Shown here piece by piece: positions 7,836 to 16,380 of a DNA stretch of 28,333 nucleotides. The notes beneath the pieces were generated by a model. The model was not told where the DNA came from, searched no databases, and saw only the letters and a program-made list of their open reading frames with translations. The first letter of the stretch is position 1; every line of letters starts with the position of its first letter. The translations under genes were made by a program, and so were the position numbers. Source of the DNA: an uncultured bacterium (GTDB lineage Bacteria > Lernaellota > Lernaellaia > Lernaellales > Lernaellaceae); the NCBI GenBank assembly GCA_964534375.1, contig CAZHPN010000003.1:53034-81366 (forward strand), given 5' to 3'.

Positions 7836-8438
7836 GTGGAACTTGACGACACCATCGCCCAACTCGAAAAGAAAATCTTCGCGCTGAGGCTCGAATACGA
7901 GAAGTATTTCAAGGGCGAGGCGCGCCGCGCGCCCCTGGCCGCGCGCGACGAGGTGCAGAAGTCGATCGAGAAGCTGATCGGCTCGCGCGTGTCCGCGACG
8001 GGCCTGCGCTTCCGCGTGCAAACCATCGCCAACAAGTACTACGCCCTCGCGCGTTTCTGGGATCGCGTGATGGCGCAGATCGAGGCCGGCACCTACGCGC
8101 CGGACCGTTTCAAAGCCGATCTGCGAGTGGGCCGGCTCAGCGAAGTGCTCGACGCCGCGCGGAAGGATTCGGAAGAAAAATTTCTAGAAAAGCGGGCCGA
8201 GATGGCGCAGGCGACGCAGCGCGCGCCGGCGCCGGACGAGCGCATGCGCAAGTTGTACGCCGAATTCATCAAGCTGCGTCGCGAAACCGGCGAGAACACG
8301 GCCATCCCGTACGATTCCTTCCTGAAGTCGATCGAAAAGCAGCGCCCGGCGCTGGAACAGAAACTCGGCAAAAAAGTCGATTTCAAAGTGACCGTGGAAA
8401 ACGGCAAGACGAAAGTGAAGAGCTTCTCGGCCGGCTGA
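7836..8438 (+). CDS. Conserved hypothetical protein, resembles MXAN_5187 C-terminal domain proteins
   Basis: LRLEYEKYF..., LRFRVQT...FWDRVMAQIEAGTY and C-terminal LYAEF...VDFKVTVENGKTKVK pattern recalled for this family; host-like codon usage; possible TTGCTC-N18-TATGAT promoter at 7756-7785. Confidence 0.7.
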   Translation: MELDDTIAQLEKKIFALRLEYEKYFKGEARRAPLAARDEVQKSIEKLIGSRVSATGLRFRVQTIANKYYALARFWDRVMAQIEAGTYAPDRFKADLRVGRLSEVLDAARKDSEEKFLEKRAEMAQATQRAPAPDERMRKLYAEFIKLRRETGENTAIPYDSFLKSIEKQRPALEQKLGKKVDFKVTVENGKTKVKSFSAG

Positions 8439-8457
8439 TTGCTCGCGCCCGGCGACG

Positions 8458-10815
8458 CTATTTCTTCAATGTCACGTTAAACTCATGCGGTGCCCGCCCG
8501 GTCGGCCGCAACGTCGCGCCGTATTTGTCGAGCTCCGCTTGCAGCGCCGGCAGTTCCGGCGGCTCGCCGGCAAAAACAAAGCACCGGTCGCGATCGACGA
8601 TCCGCAACGCCAGGCCTTCGACAAAACCGCGCTGCAACCACGCGCCCAGATCACCCGCCGCGTCGGCGCCGAGCAGCGCCGTCCAGAACGCGCCGATCTG
8701 CGCTTTTTGCGCCGCCGTCATGGCGTCGTTCTCCATGCCCAAGCGCACGCCGGCCCCTAGCGCCATCGCCTGCGCGAACTCCGCTGGCGACAAGCGCGGA
8801 AACGCGCGCGCCAGATCCGCCAGCGGCGCGCGCTCCCGGCAATAAATCAGCGCCATACTCGACGGTTGCTCGTCCGTCGCCGAGGGCGAGCATTCGATCC
8901 GACTGCCGGCCGGATAGTCATCGACATAGCTGCGAGCCAGACCCCAACCGACGCCTTTGACGAACGCCGCGCTCATCGCCGGATCCCCGCGTTCGCCGAT
9001 CGTTTGCCGCGCGCGATCCCGCGCCGCGAGGTCGGCCGTCTCCGGCTTTCCTTCGGCGAGATCCGCAAAATGCGCGCCGAGCCGGCGCCCCGCCCCGACC
9101 GCGAACGACGACCGCTCGGCCGCGTTCGGCGACGCTCCGGAGTCGACAAAAAGCCAGGCCGGCGCTGCCGGCGTGGCCGTCTGCGCGCCAAGGGCGACCC
9201 AGGCGTAACGGCGCCACCGCTCCGGCAACTTCCGGATCATCGTCAGATTCGTCAAACGATCGCCGCCTCCGTCGAACGGCAGATACCGCGCGATCAACGC
9301 CTCGTAGCTGTCGCCGCGCCGCGCATTCAGCATGCGCCATTTTTCGGCGAGCTGATGTGGATGCGTCGGCAAGAAAACGAAGGTTTGCAGAACGCCGACG
9401 ATCACAAACGGCGCCGTGGCCAATGGCCGCAAGATCGGGCGCAGCGCGTGAATCGCGTAACAGAAAAAGCACAACAAGATCGGAAACAGCGGCAGCAAGA
9501 AGCGCTCGTGATAAAAATCGTAGAGGTCGCCCTGAAGCGGTTCGAGCGGGTACTTCGCGGCGCCGTACGCGGCAAGCCAACTCAAAAAATACAGGACCAG
9601 CAGCCGGCTCAGCCACTGGCCGCGCTCCGGCGGCGCGCCCGCCGTCCGGCGTTCAAGCGCCTCGCGGCCCGCCAGGAAGAAGCCGTACAGCGCGAGCGCC
9701 AGGAAGGCGAACGACAAGAGCGAAAGGGCCGAGACGTCGGTTTGCCCGAAGAGCGGCAGGCGCCAGTCGAAAAAATGCCCGGCGATGGCGTCCCACTGGT
9801 CTTTTGCCGCCAGGCCGCGTTTGTCGTAGCCGGCGAGGTGCGGCAAATGCCGGAAAAAAAGCGCGCCCATTTTCTCGAAAAAACCGGCGGATTCGCTGGT
9901 TCGTAGCGCGTTGGACACACGGCCGAAGGGGTTGAGTTGGCTCCAGAGGCCGCCGGGCGCGGCCGCCGCCGCACGGATACCCGGGCCGCGCAACATGCCA
10001 AGCAAATTGGCGATCAACCCGAGTCGAAACCCGACGAAGAAGAACGGCAGGCCGGGCCAGACGAAGCGGCGCAGGCCCGGCGCGCGCCACCGCCAGACGA
10101 ACGCCGCGGCCAGCGCCGCGGCGAGCGGAAGGGATTGCCAACTGAAGGCCGCCGTCGCGCCGGCCAGAAACCAAAAGGCGCCGGCCGTCCGGAAACTCGG
10201 CGGCGGGTCGGCGAGGCGAAGGAAAAGAAAAAGCAGCAGGCCGGCGAAAAACGTGCTTTCCAGGTGGTTGCCCCAGAAACTCGCCCGGCAACTCTGGTCG
10301 AAATACGGCGGCGCAAAAATAAAGAAGAGCAACAGCAGAGCGGCGCGGGAAAAGCCCCACGCGCGCCGGACCAACGCTGCCCACAGAAACACGGCGCCGG
10401 CGACAAAGCCGGCCCCCAGCAGGACGATCCAGAGCAATTTCGAGCCGGCGAAAAAAAACACCGGCGCGAGCAGGGCGCCGTACACGAGCGAGCCGGGCGA
10501 GCCCGAGCCGCCGCAGTTTTGGTAGAACATCGGCGGCGCGGCAAGGCCGTCGAGCAGGCCGGTGGCGAACATGCCGTTCTGGACGACTTCGGGATCGGGG
10601 TTGGTGAATAAAAGCAGACGGCAGCCGTAGGACGCGAGCCAAACGACGGCCAAGCAAAGCAGGACGGCGACTTGGCGGTCGTTGGTCGTCGTCGAGCCGG
10701 CGCGCGCTGCGGGATTCGTCTTCAAGAAGACCGTCCGCCTCTCACCGGGCCGGGGCGCCGGCGAGCCGGACGCCGACGTCCGGCTATTTCCCCGCGGCGA
10801 GTTGTTTTTCGACAT
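8458..10815 (-). CDS. Polytopic membrane protein, probable GT-C fold (ArnT/PMT-like) glycosyltransferase with soluble C-terminal domain; start uncertain (alternative TTG at 10725)
   Basis: First TM followed by acidic loop NPDPEVV, roughly 10-12 TMs, WGNHLES and ERFLLPLFP motifs; the ATG at 10815 overlaps the upstream gene and a 9-bp-stem hairpin at 10764-10785. Confidence 0.6.
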   Translation of the reverse strand: MSKNNSPRGNSRTSASGSPAPRPGERRTVFLKTNPAARAGSTTTNDRQVAVLLCLAVVWLASYGCRLLLFTNPDPEVVQNGMFATGLLDGLAAPPMFYQNCGGSGSPGSLVYGALLAPVFFFAGSKLLWIVLLGAGFVAGAVFLWAALVRRAWGFSRAALLLLFFIFAPPYFDQSCRASFWGNHLESTFFAGLLLFLFLRLADPPPSFRTAGAFWFLAGATAAFSWQSLPLAAALAAAFVWRWRAPGLRRFVWPGLPFFFVGFRLGLIANLLGMLRGPGIRAAAAAPGGLWSQLNPFGRVSNALRTSESAGFFEKMGALFFRHLPHLAGYDKRGLAAKDQWDAIAGHFFDWRLPLFGQTDVSALSLLSFAFLALALYGFFLAGREALERRTAGAPPERGQWLSRLLVLYFLSWLAAYGAAKYPLEPLQGDLYDFYHERFLLPLFPILLCFFCYAIHALRPILRPLATAPFVIVGVLQTFVFLPTHPHQLAEKWRMLNARRGDSYEALIARYLPFDGGGDRLTNLTMIRKLPERWRRYAWVALGAQTATPAAPAWLFVDSGASPNAAERSSFAVGAGRRLGAHFADLAEGKPETADLAARDRARQTIGERGDPAMSAAFVKGVGWGLARSYVDDYPAGSRIECSPSATDEQPSSMALIYCRERAPLADLARAFPRLSPAEFAQAMALGAGVRLGMENDAMTAAQKAQIGAFWTALLGADAAGDLGAWLQRGFVEGLALRIVDRDRCFVFAGEPPELPALQAELDKYGATLRPTGRAPHEFNVTLKK

Positions 10816-12736
10816 CCTCGGGTTTGATGCCGAGTTTGACCACGTCGAGGATCTTGCCTTTGGCCAGCGGGCTGAGTTCGCCGACGCCGTTGCGCTCCTC
10901 AGCCAGGTCGAGCCCGTTGAGCGCCGAGGTGAGGAAATGCTGGTCGTAATCGATGCGGATGTCGTCGGAGATCAGCGCGCCGCGGATGCCGCCGAGCGCC
11001 TTTTCCGGCTTCGGCAGGAAGTACGACGTGTCGGGCAGGAACTGGTCGATCATGTTGTCCCAGTAGGCGGCCAGGCATGAATCGCCGAGCTTTTTGAGCA
11101 TCTCGGCGTCGTTCACCGTTTTGGCCAAATGCCACGCCTCGATGTTCGCCTCGTTGCGGGCGCTGGTCGGCGTCGAACGCGGCGGCGTGGAGTTGTCGGC
11201 GCCGCCGTAATAATCCTCGTACGGCATTTTGTCTTTTTTCTCGGGCATGCCCCATTCATGGTCGAAGTGCCACGCGGCCATTTTGAACACGTACTCCGGC
11301 AGCCGCTTGTCTTTCGTCACGTCGTACAGTTTGACCATCGCCTGCACGACCCAGGCGTCAGGCTGCTCCTTCGGATTCTTGTCCCACTCGCGCATTTGCG
11401 TTTCGCCGCATTTCTTCGCGGCGTCGAGCCATTTCTTCTGGCCGTCCATGTTGTACAGCGAGATCAGCGCCAAGAAGGCTTCGCCCGGGTAATAACGGGG
11501 TTGCGGCACGGGCGGCGGACCGCCTTTTTGCAATTGCGCGTAGGTTTCGTAAAACAGACCATTGGACGCCTGGAAGGCGATGACGGAATTGCCCAACTTG
11601 TCGCGTTTTTCCTTCCACGCCGGCGTCAGCAGGTTCTGCGGGATTTCGATCAGCGCCATCGCCGTCAGCGCGTTCGACCCCAGGTAGGACGCGTTGCCCT
11701 CTTGCAGGATCGCGAGCTTCGGATTGTCTTCCGCGGGGATGATGTTCGGCTCGAGGTACGCCAGCGCCCGCTGGCCGGCTTCCAGCAGCGTCTTGTCGCC
11801 GGTGGCCTTATAGCCCACAAACAGGCCCCAAACGGCGCCCGCGTGCCGCACGATGTTGTAGCCCGGGGCGAATTTGTCGACGACCGGGCGATAGTGGTAG
11901 CCGAGATGGCCCTTGGCGTCGGTATGCATCGCAATGTGCCGCGCGGCCAACCACGCCGCCTCGAAGAGTTGGCTGCGAGTGATTTCTTTCGGGTACAGCT
12001 TCGTGGCGCGATAGGTTACGAACGTCCTGCCGGGGGCGCTTTCGACGAAGCTGTGTTCGGTGAAGTAATACAGTTTCACCTTGGCTTTGTCGTCCCAACG
12101 GACGTTATGAATGCCCCCTTCGGTCATCAGCTTCTGGAGTTGCAGCGCCGACATTTCCGGGCCCATGACGCGATCGCGGTCGCCGAAGCCCTTCATGCCC
12201 CAGCCTTTGTAAATGCACTCTTCCCCGAGCTGGTACGCGACTTTTCCTTCGGCTACGGCGATCAGTCCATGGATGCCGGGTTCGACGATGTGCGTGATGC
12301 GCTTGGGGTCGCGCTGGGCCAATTCTTTCACTTCGTCGATGATGCTGACTGCGATCCGCGTCTGGTCGAGTTTTTTGCCGAACCGGGTCGGATAGGTCGG
12401 GTTTTCGCGCAAAATCATGCACGCCAGTTTCAGCGACGCGGCAATATTCTTTTCGCGCCCGCGCGCCTGCAAACTCTCCGTTCCGGGCGAGAAAAGCGTG
12501 ACGAAAACATCCTTGTCGTAGGGCGTGGTCAACGTTTTCGAAAACCCGGAATCGTCCACCAAACCGCTCTCCAGGCATTTGCGCGTGGCGGCGGCCAAGG
12601 CGTCGCGGTCGGCGTCAGTGAGTTGAATGCGTTCATCGGCGTATGGCGTCAGAGTTTTGTTCGACGCTCCGCAGGCCACGACGACAAGGGCCGCAACGGC
12701 CAGCAACCAAAAAAACGCACTTCTTCCGGGCTTCAT
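10784..12736 (-). CDS. Lipoprotein with AMMECR1-like N-terminal region and alpha/alpha-toroid C-terminal domain, function unknown
   Basis: Lipobox-like VVVA-C; VFVTLF and VEPGIHGL in the N-terminal half; YNIVRHAG, LGSNAL, YYPGEAFLAL, IRIDYDQH motifs in a helical C-terminal half; GGAGG SD. Confidence 0.7.
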   Translation of the reverse strand: MKPGRSAFFWLLAVAALVVVACGASNKTLTPYADERIQLTDADRDALAAATRKCLESGLVDDSGFSKTLTTPYDKDVFVTLFSPGTESLQARGREKNIAASLKLACMILRENPTYPTRFGKKLDQTRIAVSIIDEVKELAQRDPKRITHIVEPGIHGLIAVAEGKVAYQLGEECIYKGWGMKGFGDRDRVMGPEMSALQLQKLMTEGGIHNVRWDDKAKVKLYYFTEHSFVESAPGRTFVTYRATKLYPKEITRSQLFEAAWLAARHIAMHTDAKGHLGYHYRPVVDKFAPGYNIVRHAGAVWGLFVGYKATGDKTLLEAGQRALAYLEPNIIPAEDNPKLAILQEGNASYLGSNALTAMALIEIPQNLLTPAWKEKRDKLGNSVIAFQASNGLFYETYAQLQKGGPPPVPQPRYYPGEAFLALISLYNMDGQKKWLDAAKKCGETQMREWDKNPKEQPDAWVVQAMVKLYDVTKDKRLPEYVFKMAAWHFDHEWGMPEKKDKMPYEDYYGGADNSTPPRSTPTSARNEANIEAWHLAKTVNDAEMLKKLGDSCLAAYWDNMIDQFLPDTSYFLPKPEKALGGIRGALISDDIRIDYDQHFLTSALNGLDLAEERNGVGELSPLAKGKILDVVKLGIKPEDVEKQLAAGK

Positions 12737-12754
12737 TCGTCGCCTCCAGTCGCG

Positions 12755-13135
12755 CTATTTTGGGCAGTAACCGAGTGATTGCAACAGGGCATAGTCGACG
12801 GCGTTCACGCAAATCGGATACACAAACACCTGGGACCCGCAATTGTCGGTGCAGCTATATCCATTCGGGCATTCGCCGGAGATATCGCAGGGGATCGTGC
12901 AATAGGTTTTGTTGGGTTGGCCGACGCAGTATTCGGAAGGGCAGTGGGCTTGATTTTGATCGGTGCACCACTTCGAGAAGCAGAGGTTGAGGGTGCAGGG
13001 CATGCCGACGTCGCCGAGGTTGCCGTTGGAGGAAGTGCCGCCCGATCCGCTGCAGGCAAGCGTCGCCGACAACATCGCCGCGACGCTCGCCGCCGCCAAA
13101 ACCGAACAAACCAAACGACCGGCGCTGCGCCGCAT
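12755..13135 (-). CDS. Small cysteine-rich lipoprotein (CglC-like pattern)
   Basis: Signal peptide ending ATLA-C, Gly/Ser tether, then 12 Cys in about 80 aa including DVGMPC and YCTIPCDISGECPNGYSC; begins 6 bp after the dnaN stop. Confidence 0.75.
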   Translation of the reverse strand: MRRSAGRLVCSVLAAASVAAMLSATLACSGSGGTSSNGNLGDVGMPCTLNLCFSKWCTDQNQAHCPSEYCVGQPNKTYCTIPCDISGECPNGYSCTDNCGSQVFVYPICVNAVDYALLQSLGYCPK

Positions 13136-13141
13136 CGCTGA

Positions 13142-14260
13142 CTACTCCAACCGCATCGGCATGACCACGGCCAGGAAACCCGGATCGCTGGGCATACGCA
13201 CGACGCACGGCGACAGCGCGTCGGAAAATTCGAGGATTACGTCTTCGCTGTCCACGACATCGAGAACGTCGAGCAGATAACGGGCGTTGAAGCCGATTTC
13301 CAGCGGCGGACCGTCGTATTGCGCTTCCAACGTTTCTTCGGCAGCCCCCAGATTCGGATTGTTGCAGCTCAATTCCAACGCGCCGCGCTTAATGGCGACG
13401 CGCACACCCTTGTTCAATTCCGTGGCCATCACGGCCACGCGGCGCAACGCGTGAACCAGCGTATCGCTGCGGCACGTGGCGATCTTGTCGTTGTTCTTGG
13501 GAATGACCTGATCGTATTCCGGGTATTCGCCGTCGATGAGCCGCACGATCAATTCCACATCGCTGCGTTTCACGATGATCGTGCGTTCCTTGATGCCGAC
13601 CGAAACGTCGCCGTCGGCTTCGGCCGTCAACTTGCGAATTTCAGCCACGCCTTTGCGCGGAATAATGACGCCGTCGATTTCCACTTCCATCCCTTCGGGC
13701 AATTCCTTGCCGAAGAGGCTGAGCCGGTGGCCGTCGGTGGCGACCATGCGCAACGCTTTCTTGCCTTCCACCTCGCCGGTGACGAAGTAAACGCCGTTGA
13801 GGTAATACCGGGTCTCGTTGGTGCTGATGGCGAACTGCGTCTTGTCGATCATCGCGCCGAGCAGCGCGCCGTTGATCGTAAATTTCACGTCGGCTTCGGT
13901 GGAGGGCAGCACCGGAAAATCGTCGGCGCTCAACCCGACCAGGCGCGACGAAAACGCGCCGCTGCTGATTTCCACCCAGTCGTTCGGCAGGGCTTTGAAG
14001 CGAATCAGTTCGCTGTCCAGTTCGCGGCAGATTTCGAACAGCTTCTTGGCGTTGACCGTGATCGAGCCCTTGGTTTCGACCGACGCTTCGCACGAACTGC
14101 GGACGCCGACTTCCAGATCGGTCGCGACCAAGGTCACGGCGTCGCCGGCGGCATCCATCAGAATGTTGGACAAAATCGGCAAGGTGCTTTTTTTCTCAAT
14201 GACGCTCTGGGCGCGCGCCAGACCACGAAGCAACTCTTCCTTGGCGATTGTGAATTGCAT
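13142..14260 (-). CDS. dnaN: DNA polymerase III beta sliding clamp
   Basis: TLPILSNIL, ATDLE, ETRYYLNGV, VATDGHRL, RLIDGEYPEY, IGFNARYLLD, VVMPMR; 372 aa; follows dnaA. Confidence 0.99.
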   Translation of the reverse strand: MQFTIAKEELLRGLARAQSVIEKKSTLPILSNILMDAAGDAVTLVATDLEVGVRSSCEASVETKGSITVNAKKLFEICRELDSELIRFKALPNDWVEISSGAFSSRLVGLSADDFPVLPSTEADVKFTINGALLGAMIDKTQFAISTNETRYYLNGVYFVTGEVEGKKALRMVATDGHRLSLFGKELPEGMEVEIDGVIIPRKGVAEIRKLTAEADGDVSVGIKERTIIVKRSDVELIVRLIDGEYPEYDQVIPKNNDKIATCRSDTLVHALRRVAVMATELNKGVRVAIKRGALELSCNNPNLGAAEETLEAQYDGPPLEIGFNARYLLDVLDVVDSEDVILEFSDALSPCVVRMPSDPGFLAVVMPMRLE

Positions 14261-14490
14261 CCGCTTTTCCTTTTCTGCCTCTAGATGTTTAAGAAACAGA
14301 CCGTAGTGTTAGAGACGGCCTGTTTCGGTGGACAACCTCGTCAAGTCGTTCTCGGCGCTACGGATTTCTTGTTGATGCATGCTGTGCGTTAACCGGCGGC
14401 AACGCACAGCTTGCACGCTGGACGCCGGCGCACCCACCCGCTTATACAATATTTTGAACAGGGAAGCCACAACCTTGTCCACCGCCGCGA
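14261..14490. other. Probable oriC unwinding region (dnaA-dnaN intergenic)
   Basis: DnaA-box-like TTGTCCACC at 14327-14335 (minus) and 14475-14483 (plus); sense strand reads box-GAAACAGGCC-GTCTCTAACACTAC-AT-rich-SD-ATG, the layout of the DnaA-box/GC motif/DnaA-trio module. Confidence 0.65.
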
Positions 14491-15831
14491 TTACTTGTTG
14501 CGCAGCGTTTTTTCCAACGCTTCGAGCATGCTGAGCATCCCGGGGTCTTTCTTCGACTGCGTTTCGACCTTGCGCACGGCGTGCATGACGGTGGTGTGGT
14601 CGCGATTGCCGAATTTCTTGGCGATGTCCGGAAAACTGGAGTTGGTCATCTTCCGCGCCAGGTACATGGCGACCTGCCGCGGCTGGGCGATCTCTTTGTG
14701 TTTGCGCACGCCGATGAGTTCCGCGTGTTTCACGTTGTAGTAATCGCAGATGGTGCGCTGGATCTGTTCGATGGCCACCGGGCGGTCGGGGTCGCCGATC
14801 AGGTGACGCAGCGCGCGTTTCGCCACGTCGATGGTCAGCTTGCCGCCCTGCATTTCGCTGAAGGCGGCGGCGCGGCGCAGCGCGCCCTCGAGTTCGCGGA
14901 TGTTGGCCGTGATGTGGCTGGCGATGAAGAACGCCACCTCGTCGTCGACGACGATTTTTTCCAGCGCGGCCTTGGATTTAACGATCGCCATGCGCGTTTC
15001 CAACTCCGGCGGCTGGATGTCGGCGATCATGCCCATGCCGAAGCGGCTGCGCAGCCGCTCCTCGAGCATCGGGATGTCGCGCGGGTACTTGTCGGACGCG
15101 AGCACGATCTGTGCGCCGTTTTCGTACAACGCGTTGAACGTGTGGAAAAACTCTTCCTGAGTGGCGTTCTTGCCGGCGATCGTCTGGATGTCGTCGATCA
15201 GCAGCGCGTCGAGATTGCGATACCGCTTGTGGAACGTCCCGGTGCGCTTGCTCTGGATGGCGCCGATCAAGTCGTTCATGAAACGCTCGGCCGAGACCAG
15301 CACGACTCGCATCTGCGCGTCTTTGCGCAACAGTTGCACGCCGACGGCGTTGAGCAGGTGCGTTTTGCCCAGGCCCGTGCCGCCGTAAATGAACAGCGGA
15401 TTCATGCCCTGGCCGGGCTGCTTCGCGACGTTCTTGCAGGCCGCGTAGGCGAACTCGTTGGACGGGCCGACGACGAAGTTGTCGAACGCATACACATCGG
15501 ACGGCAGGTGCGTCGCGGTCTTCTTGGCGTCGCCGGCCGCGGACTTCGGCGGTTCGGCCGGCGGGATGACCGCGTGATCGAACGCCATTTGGGATTTGGC
15601 CAGTTCGACCTCGATGAGCATCTCGCGGCCGGCGATGGCGCGCAAAACTTCGGTCGCCATTTTCAGGTAGTTGTCGATGAACCACTTGCGGGTCACGCGA
15701 TTGGGGGCCGCCAAGCGAACGTGACTTTTCGTCGTCTGCGTCATCTCCAGCGGCTTGATCCACGCGGAAAAGTTCTTGTCGTCCACCTTATTTTTAAGCG
15801 CCTCAAGCGTACGAAACCACAACGTATCCAT
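14491..15831 (-). CDS. dnaA: Chromosomal replication initiator DnaA
   Basis: FDNFVVGPSN, NPLFIYGGTGLGKTHLL (Walker A), LLIDDIQ, TQEEFFHTFN, NIRELEGAL, PRQVAMYL, RDHTTVMHA. Confidence 0.99.
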   Translation of the reverse strand: MDTLWFRTLEALKNKVDDKNFSAWIKPLEMTQTTKSHVRLAAPNRVTRKWFIDNYLKMATEVLRAIAGREMLIEVELAKSQMAFDHAVIPPAEPPKSAAGDAKKTATHLPSDVYAFDNFVVGPSNEFAYAACKNVAKQPGQGMNPLFIYGGTGLGKTHLLNAVGVQLLRKDAQMRVVLVSAERFMNDLIGAIQSKRTGTFHKRYRNLDALLIDDIQTIAGKNATQEEFFHTFNALYENGAQIVLASDKYPRDIPMLEERLRSRFGMGMIADIQPPELETRMAIVKSKAALEKIVVDDEVAFFIASHITANIRELEGALRRAAAFSEMQGGKLTIDVAKRALRHLIGDPDRPVAIEQIQRTICDYYNVKHAELIGVRKHKEIAQPRQVAMYLARKMTNSSFPDIAKKFGNRDHTTVMHAVRKVETQSKKDPGMLSMLEALEKTLRNK

Positions 15832-16380
15832 CTATTTCCAACCCCCCAGACCCAAAGAAGGGCACGTCTCAGTCGCAATGCGAGATCAAATCAGCACGTT
15901 GAATTAAAGCCTTGACCAACGAACCCTGCGTTCCTGCCACACCCAAATCATCGGAAAATAGCCGGCGGTTCGCATTCCCTTCTTCGGCCGCCGCCGACCG
16001 CATGTGGGAGCCGTTTCCCGGGCCGAATACCTACCGCCAACGTTCGTTCTTTGCAATGATTTTTTTCAAAAATTTTTGCAGCGGTTGAGCCACGCGATTT
16101 GGCAGGGGAAAAAATTCCACATCCTGTGGATAACATTAGTTATTCATCTATAAGATATTCACAAAGACGCGGCTTCGCCGGCGACCTCGTTGCGTGCCTC
16201 ACAACGTTGCGCAACCTCACCGAAAAACAGCGGTTTTTGCAGGCCTTGATTGTTATTTCACATTATAAAGTAGCACGGCAGTCGATTTCGCAACCGCGCC
16301 GCGCGCGACAAAATGCTTGGAGGTTGCGGAAAAAGCGTGATAATTTGGCCGCGGGAACCAACGGAACGGACGGACGAAGC
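15832..16380. promoter_or_regulatory. dnaA upstream region with DnaA boxes (autoregulatory and/or second oriC segment)
   Basis: Perfect box TGTGGATAA at 16125-16133; degenerate AATTCCACA 16113-16121 and ATATTCACA 16155-16163; AT-rich stretches; IHF-like AATCAGCACGTTG at 15889-15901. Confidence 0.7.

Noticed and set aside
14726..14741. parS-like TGTTTCACGT inside dnaA
   Set aside because: Only one half matches; the second half (TGTAGT) is not palindromic and the sequence is explained by coding.
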